DNA of 64,000 nt from the NCBI RefSeq assembly GCF_037042905.1, contig NC_087246.1, positions 496,001 to 560,000 on the forward strand. Reading direction: 5' to 3'. Numbering within the stretch: the first letter of the stretch is position 1; each line of letters opens with the position of its first letter. Shown in pieces: positions 27,508-41,040 of the stretch. The position numbers and the translations under genes are program-made. The stretch comes from Lytechinus pictus (taxonomy: Eukaryota). The notes under the pieces were generated by a model that ran no database searches, was not told where the DNA came from, and was given only the letters and a program-made list of their open reading frames with translations.

Positions 27508-29415
27508 CACAACAAAAAAAGTAAGTCCCCCCTAAATCGAATTGCTGTAACTTTTGAACGGAATAATTTTGAAATATGATATTTCACAAGTGGCTTTCTA
27601 CACTTATTATGCGACTCCTGCTTAAAAATGAGATTGATCGGTTGAATCATGCATGAGTAATCAAAGATTGAATTAAAATGACCATTTTTGAAAGTCACAA
27701 GAGTCGTTTCTCAGATTGTGTAAATACAAAGTTGGGCAAAGGTTGTTTTTTGGTGAATTTTATGGTGTTAATGCTGTTTTACTGTCCATCATTTAGCCAC
27801 TTCACACAAAATTTTGATATTGTATGTTTATGGTTGAGTGAGCACAATGTTTTGTGACGTATTATCATAGGGGTTTATGGCAGTACCCCCTACAACTTGT
27901 TAAAACATGTTAAAATTGTTGGTGGCTCCTCAAATTACTCGGCCCCTCCCCATTTTAAAATTCTGGATCCACCACTGATTTGTCCATAAATTCAACTGAT
28001 CCTGAGAAATTGTTAGGAAAAGAATACATTTATGCAGTATAAAGAGTATTCAATCCCAAATTTTCGAATGTGCTCACTTAACCATGAAAATGTAAAGTTC
28101 AGAAAGTGTGTGGTGATAAAACTGATGAATGATAAAAACAAAAGCAAATAAGTCACATTTGAAACCGAATTTGCCCCCATTATTCACTTTATTACCCCTC
28201 GAAATGTGTCTGTGACATTGAAAATGCCCCTTTTCCCACTTTTGATGCATGCTCACTCATCCATGAATAAACATATCGATTTCATTTTTGCACAGAATTC
28301 TGCCTGTAGGTTGATAAACATAACTGCCAAATGACATTGCTAAAGACAGCCTTGAAAAAAAGTTCCACCTTATTGAATAAGGGGTCACTTATTCTTAAAC
28401 ATATGCAACCATAGTGTACACAATGTCTATGAGAGAGGAATTCAAAATTTTAACAAACATGAAATGAAGGTTTGTTTCACGGACGGTTTCTGTTACTTCT
28501 GCCAACAATTTTTTCATGAAACTTCGCACATCGCTTCAGATTAACACTATTCAAAAGGCGCGCACATCAAAATAATCATTCGATACGGCATAGAGTGGAG
28601 CCAAGGCCTTAAACTTTCTTCTCATTTGCATAATTGTCAAATATTGCGTGCTCACTGAAGCATTAAACATCGGGATTTTCATCAAAATCAAATCAAATGA
28701 ACTATGCAAGGAGGTTAGTGACAGATATCCAAAGTTATCAATTGCATTTTTTCCAATAACGTACAAAAGAGCTAATCACATTCCACATGTTCATTCAAGC
28801 ATGAATGTTTATTTAAATGCATTTAAATCATTGAAGCATGTTAATTGGTCGTGAACAATAACATAACGAAATAAGTTGAGAAAAGATCATTTCAGTTACC
28901 AAAATGAAACAATACTTGCCTATGACATTTGAAATTCATATTTTTTTTTCATTAAATGTTCATTGATCCATGAAACGATGAATATTGTTAAAGACACTCT
29001 TCCCAACAATAACTGTCATCATATTTAATCATTTTTATCATTAGAAATGTGTAAAAAATCCAATTATAGCAAATTTTAACTTGTGTTTATTCAACCGTTA
29101 AATTTATCCAAAAAACTTGCATCATCTTTTAGAAAGTACCTTTTACAAGCCTTCTGACTATTTTCCATGAGAATTTGGAATTCGTTCCAATAAAGTGGAA
29201 TCAAAATCATGATATTTGGCTTGTGACTTTTGAAAAGTGACAATTTTGCCTTCTGGCGGTGCCACTGAAGCGTGACATAAAATACGTCCATAACGTTTAC
29301 TCAGAGGGTAGCTTATAAAATTACCTACACGCTCATGTAAAAATATATTAAAAACTCTCATTGGTTTGGAAATTATGGATGTTTGTTTAAGGGGGGACTT
29401 ACTTTTTTTGTTGTG
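27508..29415. mobile_element. 1.9-kb non-autonomous Tc1/mariner-type element
   Basis: ta|cacaacaaaaaaagtaagtcccccct ... aggggggacttactttttttgttgtg|ta; no transposase ORF; retains more CpG than its flanks. Confidence 0.85.
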
Positions 29416-30239
29416 TATACATCAGATGACTGAAATATGACAATGTCATCAAACAACAATAAATATGCAAAGATTATTATGGTTAGATGTGACTATACAT
29501 ATATTTCCTTTGAAGTATACCTTGAGTGAACAATCAAGATTGATCACTCAAAAAGGGTAAACAAGATTTAGTCCATGTATGGATTTCAAAGTTAAAGTCT
29601 ATTTTTGCCATGTAGAATGTGGGAGACCTTTCCTTCCAAAGTAGTTGGCTGTAAACTTCGCCAGAACAGCTAAAAACCCCAGATCTGGGTAATTTTCTGA
29701 GCTAGCTTTTATCCAAATCCTATTTTCATCCGTTGATCTTGCTTTGCTAGATGCCGATGGCAACATCAAAGAAAAGCTCTGAGAAGCTTACTAAGTCTTC
29801 TCTATCTCTCAATCATACTCAGAGATCAGAAGAAATTATGATTATCAACCACTTCAAAGAAACCATTAAAATTCACAATCTCTGAATTTATGCAAATTAG
29901 AAGATACTGTAGTAGAATTGGCCCCAAAGCATATTGCATACAGTCAAAACTATACACACATTTTGTGATGATAGTAGAATTGGCCCTAAGGCATATAGTC
30001 AAAATGATACACACATTTGTAATGATTTTAGCCCCACATGAAGGATATATTACCTTGCTCTCTCTCTCTCTCAAAGAAAATAGTTATCAATGAACATAAT
30101 CCAAATTGCAGGATGAATTAAAAAAAATCACAAATGTGGAAATCTCTTATCCTCTCAGAATAAAATCTGCAAAATGATAATGTATCTGAATTGCCTTTGA
30201 AATTTGGTCCAGTCAATTTTGTTCAGTATTGAATAAGCA

Positions 30240-30600
30240 CGCAGAAAAAGAAGAGTGTGACAAAAAGAAACTCCATGACTAAATACTATGGTAACATATT
30301 GATCAAGATAAAGGAAAGGAATACATTTTTTTTTAAATGTGCTAAATTTTCAAATCTGGACAGTGACTGGATATTATACAGAAAACTTAGAAATGCTTTT
30401 ACCGATATGATACGAAAGGCAAAAAAGCAATATATTTTAGAGATCATCTTGAACAACAAAGGAAATTGTTCTGCTATGCGGAAATTTCTACGACGTATGC
30501 TTCCTAATAAAATCACATGAAGTTAATCCAAAAGCTGTCCTTTAATGGTGAAGATATCTGGGGATTTAAGGAAATTGTCACATGCTTAATAGCACTATGC
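30240..30600 (+). mobile_element. LINE ORF2 fragment (endonuclease-RT linker)
   Basis: DWILYRKLRNAFTDMIRKAKKQYILEIILNNKGNCSAMRKFLRRMLP matches the W..Y+.LRN.....IR.AK..Y motif of CR1/L2-group LINEs. Confidence 0.75.
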
Positions 30601-31959
30601 AAGTATACTCCAATAATAATGACCATAAAGCATATTATACAGAACCTTGCCAAGGTGTAATTGTATTTCTAGTTTTAAAAGGATCTTTTAATATCTGACT
30701 GCTGTGGGTAAGTAAATATCCCTATTATGACTATCATGGAGTATACAAATCAGATTACCTGAGGCAAGGCATATAGTAAATTGGGAGATTCTAAGAGTTG
30801 TACAAATTGTTTCCAATATCTTCGTAACACACAACAAAGTTGTTTTTATAATGCTATCATGGAGTAGAAAGAAGGTAAAGCCACAATTCATATATTTTTT
30901 TTCTTTCTATAATTTGTTACAGAAGGAAGAAACTTTGAATATTGCAGATATAAGATAGAATAAGACAAGAATTTCTATTTTCCAATTCCATTGCTTAATT
31001 TTGATAAAAACATATTATATTGACTTACAAGAATATGAAAACATAAATAATTACGATACATTTTCAAAACAAAGTGTTTTGTTGTTACATGATGATTAAA
31101 AAGGCTTGAACAAAAACAAACAAAAGCTTTTAAGGAAAGTAAATAAGTACAGGTTCAGCATATAACTGGAGTTGCAAGTTATTTCGAATGTCATGCTCTA
31201 CCCTTGCATATATTTCCTTACTTTTATCATCTGTTAATCCCTTTGCTATTCTACTTTCTTTAATCCCTACCTGTAGCCAGTTCATAATATTTTATTTTCC
31301 CATTTACATTTTCTACATTTTCCTTTATATATTACTCTACTTCTTTGATCTTTCATTTTGAACAGTATTTTTGATGATCCAACTTTTCCATTCATTCTTT
31401 ATGCCTATCTTTCCTCAGCCTACCCTCAATCTCATTTTCTCTCCTTTTTTGTCATGTATCCTGATTTCTATTCTCTTTTTTCACCCATCTCTCAAATTGC
31501 ACAAAGAAAATCATAAGGATCTTCTTGTGAGAAGTTTGCAGAATTAGAGTCGCCTCACTCGGGGCTTGCGAGAGGCCGATGGGGGAATTAGCACCGTGCC
31601 TTCAAGAAGTTAGACCTGAGGACAAATTCTATGAATACAATTATGCTGATGAGTTGTGTGGTGATCGTTGTTTAGGCCACAGGGCATTCCAGCCTTGATC
31701 CATCTTTTCAAGGCATCTAACCATCCAAGAAATCTGCCTGAACGACACAAGTTAGATTTACTTAGAATTTCTTCTTTTTGAAAATTATTGAATAGACATC
31801 TGCAGTAGATTTGGGTTAAAAGGAGCAAACATCAGAAGGTGAGTCAATATAATACTAATCCTTCAAATCATATCCTTATCTGCCTCAAACATCTCTAATC
31901 ACAATTCATGAAAAGAATCAACTTGTAAAAAAAAATTAAAAGAAAATAATGTTATTTGT

Positions 31960-32135
31960 CATCTCCTCCTCCTTCTTCTTTTCTCCTCCTCCTTCTTCTT
32001 TTTCTTCTTCTTCTTCTTCTTTTCCGTTTTCTTCTTCTTCTTCTCTATTCTTCTTCTTCTACTCTTATTATTATTATTCTCCTCCTTCCTATTCTTCTCT
32101 TCCTCCTACTCCTTCTAATAACTTCCCCTTCTTCT
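31960..32135. repeat. (TTC/TCC)n low-complexity tract
   Basis: Direct inspection. Confidence 0.9.
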
Positions 32136-33677
32136 TAAAGAAAAAGAATATTACAAAGATACCAAATTCCTGATACAACACAGACAAAGATCACATGAGA
32201 CTTTCCAAATGGAAGTAAAAAAAAGAAAAAAAAATAGCTTGAAGGTTAACACAATCAAAAGAAGTTATTCAATATTTCAATCATTGTTTTTCAGCATCAT
32301 GAAAATAACTATTTGTTAGAAAAAAAGTGTTTGTTCTGCAGGCTCTTAAGCCTTCTTGTCTTGCAATTTAAAAGCTATGTTTCTATTACATCCCCTCATT
32401 AGCACTTGGAACTAAGATCTTACACACAAATAGATAAGATACAAACAGATTTCTTTTAACCCCTCATCTTATGGTCAAGGAGACTACACCCGTGGTAAAA
32501 AAGACAAAAGATTCATTTTCTCACATTTCCAACAATACTTCATCAGTTGCCATCATCATCTTCAGATTATCAAGTGCAAATGAGATTTTCAGTAGGTCTT
32601 TTTTTTCCACTGTAATATAACACTTTAAGTAACACCACATTCATTGGTACAAATCACCATGGCACTTTTTTTGCAAGTATAATTTCATGAATTTTTTTTT
32701 TAGTTCATGAGACATTGAAAATATTTATTCTCATTTGATTTTAGATACATACAGAACATGTCAATATACAAATATAAATTTATCATTGCACATTTGCAGT
32801 AACAGAGTTAGATTAGAAGAAAAAGCATTAAAAAGAAATTGCAGGTTTAAAAGAAGAAATTAGACAGATCAATACACTATTTACAAATTATAAAATAAAA
32901 CATTAAAGATTGTCTGCAGTATGAATTAATCATAATAAGAAGGTTGGAATTAAGGTTGCACTCAATGCATTGCAATAAGAATAGAATCAGAAAATGAAAA
33001 CTGGGTTGTCATCTCCATTTTAATCTCATCAGATCTCCAAAGTAAAGAAGAGTAAATATTAATAGGTGTCCATTACAAATGCAGGAGTAGAAATTTGAAG
33101 GAAAAGGATGACTATGATGAGCAACATTGGACATTCCTATTCACAAGCTGATGGGTGATTCCATGCTAGACAAATCAGCTGTTTGCACAACACTTTTCAA
33201 CCTGCTGTCCAAATAAATGAGAAACTTCAATTTTTTGTGGTAATATTAAAGTACTACTGATAAGTCATGTAAAAAAATGACAACCAACAAAAATATGTTT
33301 TCCATTGATGAATTACGGGTAAAAATGTTGTGTGTCGTACGGGACATTTCTGAGTCCTGTACAACACACATTTTCACCTTTATTTCACCCGTACTCAAAC
33401 ATTTTTTGTTATCATTTTTTCACATCACTAACCGTTTTAACTTTATTATTGACAAAAATAGAAAGTTTTATTGCTCAAGCATTCAGCTAAGAGACAATAA
33501 ATTATCAAAATGTCCTGAAAGACACATACGGAACTGCCCCAATACTGCTAAATATTAAAAAAAATTACTTATGAATTTTATCATTTACAATTGTCTATCA
33601 GCAACATAAGACTATAAAACCTACTCAAATGGGAAAAAAGCCTTCTAAATTTTAGTCTTTGTAGTAAAATAGATTAA

Positions 33678-34210
33678 AGGGGAAGTTTACGCTGACAAAA
33701 AGTTTATTGTAAAAATAGCAGAAAATTACAAAAAAATATTGGTGAAGGTTTGAGGAAAATCCATCAAGACTTAACAAGTTATTAGAATTTCATTTTTTTA
33801 TTTGTGACATCATATAATGAGCATAGCTTTCAATGTATCGTGAATTTAAAATAAATCAATGAAATGTCAGTTTCTCAGAAAAATTTAAATGGATTTCATT
33901 GTATCTTCAATATATCAAAAGACAATTTTTTTTCACACCCACTCCTGAAACAGGAAACAATTCATGAACCATTAACATAGCAACCATTTTATATTACATA
34001 ATAAATGAACCATTAACATAGCAACCATTTTATATTACATAATAAATGGGGAAGCTGCTAACATATGACGTCACAAATCAACAACTTTAAATTCAAATAA
34101 CTTTCTTAATATTTGACGGATTTTCCCCAAACCTTCACCAATATATATATATATGTATATTTTTTGTTTTAAGTTTTACAGCAAACTTTTTGTCAGGGTG
34201 AACTTCCCCT
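33678..34210. mobile_element. Kolobok-like MITE with about 120-bp TIRs and TTAA TSD; internal 41-bp tandem duplication
   Basis: ttaa|aggggaagtttacgctgacaaaaag ... tttttgtcagggtgaacttcccct|ttaa; duplicated 41-mer at 33964 and 34005. Confidence 0.88.
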
Positions 34211-37200
34211 TTAATCACACAAAACATTTTTTCTTAGCATATTAATAATCTTAAAGTAAAAATATTGTAGGCAGTGGGTTAACCTGTTGAATATTGAATT
34301 ATGTGATTCAAAAAGGCTTTATACAGGGGTGAACAGGTTCCAGTATGCAGAGAATTAATTAAATAAATAGTCAATTACTGATATATGAATCATGTATCAC
34401 TTTTGTGCTAAATACTGAGTTTCTATGCGACCAATGGTATCTTGAATATCATTTTTGTTACAAAAATATCATAGTTGAGATAAAAATATGCTTTTAAACT
34501 TATTTTGTTTCAAATAATTTTTGAGAATAGCCTTAGGGTTTTCCTGGCAAGATAAAGCCAACTGAATCATCTCTCTCTTGCTCTAATGTCCTTTACTCTT
34601 CTTCTTTTTGTGGATTAGATCTAATGCTCCTTCCCCCAGTATTATATTTCTTTCATTATTAGTACAACATGTTTGGCATTCCCATTCTGAAAATATTTTC
34701 TTTTATTAGAAAAGGTATACAAAAAAATTTCATCATTATTGTTAACTATTTCACCAAATCAGATATCTGCTACACATGGTCTAATACAGTTGGATGTAAA
34801 GGATTTAAGACCTACTTTCAACAATGCCTTATATGCCTACATTGGAGATATAAATCCTTGATCACTTGCAATCTTTTAATCTAGGATCTCGTACTGAGAG
34901 AGATGATCTTCAAGGTATCAGAATGCTTGAAAGGAACCACCCAGGATTATTAGAAATCTTCTTCCAAGATCTAGAGTACTTTAAGTGAAATAAATAACTT
35001 TCATCACACCACTTCAATCTTACCAGGATTACTTTCTTCAACCGTTCTGATACTGAAGAACCACAAACCTTTTATGGACTTGTAAAATTCAAATTGCATT
35101 TAATTATCCACACCACTTGAAATCTATGAATTTATTATAAAACATATTTCATATACCTATATAAGCTTTGACTTAACTATTCATTTAATTTTCATGATTA
35201 TACAAGTATATATAAATAAACGTATCTGCTTCTCACGCCTCTCAATTTTCACAAAATATTTAAATTCAAATTTTTTTTTTTATTCAGGTCATACTGTTTG
35301 CTGATTTCATAATGCTAGTTTATGCTTTCAATAGTAATACTTGTACAATTCTTTTTTTTTTAATACCTCAATAATTAATTTCAAGAAATCTATCAAGACC
35401 CACCTATTTTCATTGTAGTTTCATGATGTAATAGTACATGTATGATACTTTGTATTGATATGTCATGTAATGTATATTTAATGTAAGCAAAATGTAAAAT
35501 GTAGAAGAATTTTGTAATTTATGTTTATGTAATGAATAATTCATCTAATTAATCATGCAAAACGCTTCGAGATCTTGATATTAAGTGCTATATAAATACC
35601 ATATTATTATTATGATTATTAAAGGAAATTGAATGAAATCAACTTTGCCATCATGGATTCATATCATTTTTTACTCATCTTCTATTGAGTAAACAATTTT
35701 CCACAATTTACATACAGAATACATCTGAATCTTCAAAGCAGTTCTAGGGTTCTTGTTTGGGATTAGTAAAGACATATTTCTGCTATTAAAATGATGGCTT
35801 GAGACACAGCCTTGGATTAAATCATCCTCTGTAACAAGTCTCAGAGTTTAATCAAATTAATCCTAAACTGCATTGGAATCAGGCTGATTGGATATCTTCC
35901 GTGAAAACAAAATATGAAAGTTTATTGAATATAAGTATACCACAAATTAAATTTAAATCTATTACTCATTATTCCATTTCACTAGTTTTGAACCGATCCA
36001 ACTTAAAATATATGCAACCAATGCTGGCATTCAATGATTATATTTTTAATATCATATCCCAAAATGAAGTCTTACTGACTTCTTTCCATTTAGAGCCTCA
36101 CCATTTTCTTTTTCGTCAGAACAGTTAGTCCCACAATAAAACTAAAACTCATACTTTCTGAATTAATTATAAAGTTAAACTCTTAGTCTAAATATAACAC
36201 TGTAACACTTAAGATATAATTCCCCTTGAGTAAGTCTTGAAATGAAAATAATCAACGACCGAATTAATTCAAACTTTATGATACTATACATCCGCACAAG
36301 AATTTGCAAGCCACAGGACACACAAAAGTGAGAAATAACCTCATTCTAAACTTTCACAAAATGCAAATGCAATTGGCATAAAGTTCCATCTAGGAATTCA
36401 ATTGACGAAGATATATATAAATACTATTTTTGAAACATACAAAATTGTCAGTTTTTTTCGCCTTTCACACACAAAATTCTGTATTTTGCACGCAGAGTGC
36501 ACAAAAAATATCTCAAACACTTTATCCCCAACAATCCAAATCATCATCAACAGCCCTGCTAACCATCCATTCACCCATTCAATCAATCTTGTAAGCATCA
36601 AATCATATAAATTATATGCTTTTGTAAACATTCTGGTAGTAGAAGAGTTAAACTTTATAACACCATTTCGATTTCACAAATAATTTCTCATCACCTACAC
36701 ACCACAAACCACATATAAATTACCATGGAATCGGATTGCAACCAACCATATAATTGGTATTTGTTTTGATCCTCCAAGTAATTGGAACTTGTAATATATT
36801 AAATTGGTTGTTTTCCATTGTGTGTAAGAAAAAGATCACCCTATTGATCTCAACACTGAATGTATAACTTTCAATAGGATGAGTCAATTGAGTATATGAT
36901 TCTAATTCCCCTGTTCTACTTCTTGTCAAATGGTCTTTCCAATAAAAAAAGCCTTGTCTCCTAGAAGGTTGTCTTCTTAATTAGGTTAAGTAGCAAAATA
37001 CCAATCAATGCAACTATTTCTAAAACTGATACAAGACATTTCCACTAAAGACAATCATGTTACAGGAATCTTTGCAATCCACAAGGCCATATTTGATTCT
37101 AATGCACTGAAACAATGAAACCATCATCATCATGAGATAGTTTTCACTACCGTATCTCATGCCTTGATCGGTTTATATTAATTGTATGCATCATTGGTTT

Positions 37201-37899
37201 CCAGTCTGAATGAGCTAGTATCGTGTACTAACAGTATGCTCTGATAGTCCTAAGCTAATATCATTCTTTCCGCTCTAAAGAATAATCACTTTCATATTTT
37301 CCTATGAGATCATGTTTTTAGCCTTGCATCTGTTTTCATATTGGTGATGAATAGAATAACTATGTTTGAATCCCTTAGTTGTAACATGATGCTATGACTA
37401 CCGCTCAAGCATTACAGAAATAAATATTACCACAAGGACACACCCATTTTTATAAACAAAAATAATATCAAAAAGCAAAGTTAAAATCAATTTATACACT
37501 CAATAAAAAGGAAATTCTTAGACCAAAATAAAATGTAACATTAATTACTTAATTTATCAATAGTGTATGGACAGATTAGTAAGATTGTAAGATACATGAT
37601 GTGCTCAACCTTTATTGGTAAAGAAAAGGTTTTAGCATTTGGCACATAAAATTTGATGATATCAAATCTATTGATTGATGTAGATCAATATCTATAGCAG
37701 GATCACCCGAATTGCAATCTGAATCATGTCATTGCATTTTCTTTCTGACCAACAATTAAATACCACTAAAATAAGTTTTCTCTTTGATATAACTCTTTAC
37801 ACCTATCTTAATATGAATACTGCTTCTTTTGTAGTGACCTCATTCAAACAGATATATCACACCCATTCTCTTTTCAGACCCATTAAAAGACCAAAAATT

Positions 37900-38930
37900 C
37901 TTGTTATTTTTAGAGATATTCTAAGGACTGTGCCATCAAACGGATATGTATCTCAATGATAAAAAAATGCCAGCGTGAAGTGCGAGCTGAACATTTTTGA
38001 TATTCAGACCTAAAAAGGGACATTTTGAGAAAATTTTGTAATCATGATACGTTCCTGTCTCGCTAAACAAACAATGTGAGCGCGAGCTGAAATTTTTGTA
38101 TATATATTGATCCCAAAGAGGGACATTTTAAGGACTATTTTTAGCAATCCCATTAAGAGTATACATATCTCACCATAGTCATCTAATGCGAGTGCCAATC
38201 GCTTGCTGATTTTGTTAGAATTACATCTAAACACATGAAGCACTTTTTTGTAGTCATTGTAATCATGATTATCATACACATCTCACTAATCAAATATTGC
38301 GAGCGTGAAGTGCGAGCTGAAAATTTAGGAAATTCAGACCTGAAGAGGGGCATTCTAAAGCTTATTTGTAGACCATACATATTTCACTTACCAATTGATG
38401 TGAGTGCAAAGCCGAGCTGAACATTTTTTATATTCAGATCAGAAAAAGGGACATTTGAAGGACTGATTTTAGGAATTCATGAAGAGCAGACATATCTCAC
38501 CAATGCACTAATGTGAACGTAAGCATGGACTGGAAATGTTTTATATTAAGACATTAAAAGGGGGCAATCACTTTAAGTAGTCTCGAAAAATAAGCATATG
38601 TCACTACATAAAACAATATTAACTCAAAGTGCAAGGAAATATATTTGGTGTATATTGACTTGAAAAAAGGATGTTTTAATACTCTCTTAGTACATCAGGA
38701 TTATATATCTCATTAAACAGACAATGCGAGCACCATGAACAATGAACACATAGGCCCTGAACAAATTATGTTTCATAACGTTATGAAAAAAAATATTTAT
38801 GTAATATAATATATATAATATAACATATTATAATGTACCATAATTTCTTCTTTCCCACTATGTTTGTCTTCCTTTATCCCTCTTTTTCTCCTTTTCCCAC
38901 ATTTTTTTTTGCAAACCAATTGGAGGGTTT
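37900..38930. mobile_element. Degenerate long MITE with internal gcgagcgcgaagcgcgagc repeats
   Basis: Repeated gcg(a/t)gaag(c/t)gcgagctgaaa..ttt motif; same family as 59964-61257. Confidence 0.7.
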
Positions 38931-40370
38931 CAAATAGAGATATCACACCCATTCACAACCACTCCCATGCTTACCAAGACATTATCATATAAATTATTTT
39001 ATTGTTTACCTCAATCAATCTATGGTACTGCTCCACAAAGTACATCTTATTTTTATCAGATCCCACACAGATCTGGATAAACCTGATTAATGAGGAAAGT
39101 CATATTCTTTAAAATGATAAGCCTTAATTTGAAGAAAATTGAAAGAATGATTTAAAAAGTTTACTCTTAATGTGCTGGCCTGCTCTATGGGATATATGCA
39201 TATTATTTGTGCCAATTGGCAACAGCAACATGTCAATAACATACTTATTGATGCTTCTGAATGCAGTCTAAGACTCTGTATTCAGCTCCAAATTCTGTCT
39301 CCTCTTTAGGTTGGCCTGAACATGAAGTTTGTCTCCACTACGCTGCACTTAACCAAGAGGAAGTAAATAAGTACCAAGTCAGATTCATTCCTTGGAAGTA
39401 TTTTGGATGATCAGGCTAAAGCTAATGTAATGATATCCCAATGATTTTGTGAAAGACATGACTCATATAAAGAACGACAATATATTATCATTAGTACACG
39501 TCATCTTTATCCTGAATGGTAATAGTAATCACACATGATATATGATAAGAAAGAGAAACATGTACTGAAAAGTTAATACCACATTTTGTGCAGTATGTAG
39601 TGACTTTCCTGAATCAAAATTGTTTTATACAACTTGCTGGTCAAGACCAGCTGCAGGCAAAGTCGTAAAATTTTGAGTTTATGAATGCCGTGTGCTAAAA
39701 TAGCCTGTGCCAGACCAGTGCTATTTTGATGCTGCTAATACCAGACCAGCGCCAATATGTGCCCAAAGTATTTGAATGGGTGATCATAAATGTAGCACCG
39801 CTCTGCTATGTAGTTACTGAATGCTTGCGGTGCAAACTAGTTTAGTGCGGGCCTGGTGCAGACAAAAAAATCATGAGTTACTGAAAACGGTATTACTTAG
39901 ACTAATCATTAAACATTCTCAATTACCAATGAAATGAAAGAACCAAATCAATGTTTGAAATCTTGAATCGGTAACTTTGTGATAAAATCTTACTATCATC
40001 ATTCATTTTGTTTACTGTTATATCCATATTTAACCTTTACAAAGTAAAAGATGAATAGAAAATTCAGATTCAGATTCATTTATTTCACACCTCTTTAAAA
40101 TACCAACAACAACAAAAAATACATAAATACAAATAAAATTCTTATACAACAGAACAGATATTGACAAGTATATAGTCATAAACAGATAGTAAAACACAGT
40201 AAATAAAAACAATGATTTCCGCTGTAGAAAATTAATAATTGTTGCCAATTTGGGGATCAATTTTTATCTTATGAAAGCTGTGTACCTGAAAGTTATCAAC
40301 TTATAGTCACAAGGGTCTTTGCTTCTCTTGAAAAAAAAAGTGAAAATCTAATCCAAAACTACAAAAAAAA

Positions 40371-40435
40371 ATAATAATAATAAATGTGATTTGTAATGCG
40401 CCAAATCCACTCTGCAGAGTGTTCAAGGCGCAGTG

Positions 40436-40475
<40 letters not shown>

Positions 40476-41040
40476 GTACAAATACAGAGATAAATTGAAG
40501 AACAATTAAGAATAGGAAGCATTGAACAGACGCGTCTTAAGGTAGTGTTTAAATGTTTCAATGGAAGAGCAGTCATGGATAACCAGGGGAAGGTCATTCC
40601 AGTGAACAGGGCCAGCGTGAGCAAAAGCCCGTGCCTTTTGGGAACAATGAACGGAGGGACCTGACAGGAGTGTATTTGTTAATTAAATTAGTATTGTATT
40701 GTGGAGCAGAACAATTAATTGCATAGAATACAAGAAGGATTTTGAAGATGATGCGATCGTTGACCTTTAACCAATGTAGAGATTTCAGAATGGATGTGAT
40801 ATGAACATGTTTTTTGGAAAGGGTGACTATGCGTGCTGCAGCGTATTGGAGCTTTTGGAGTTTAGATAACTGGGTGTTGGGTAAATTGTAAAGCAAGGCA
40901 TTCCCAAATTAAGTCGTGTAGAAATCAGTGCATGAACTAATTTTTCAGTTGCAGACTTTGACAAGTACTTCCTGATGAACCCAATATTGCAGAGCTGATA
41001 CCTTACAGATCTACAGATGTTGTTGGTTATTTGATTTAAT
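40371..41040 (-). mobile_element. L2 LINE 3' fragment, frameshifted
   Basis: IRKYLSKSATEKLVHALISTRL / LYNLPNTQLSKLQKLQYAAARIVTLSKKHVHITSILKSLHWL; 3' tail gcgccttgaaca...(att)n. Confidence 0.9.

Noticed and set aside
36340..37100. Minus-strand coding-like remnants (also 26490-26800 on minus and 34700-35150 on plus)
   Set aside because: Probably very old LINE ORF2 relics, but too degraded to assign or delimit.
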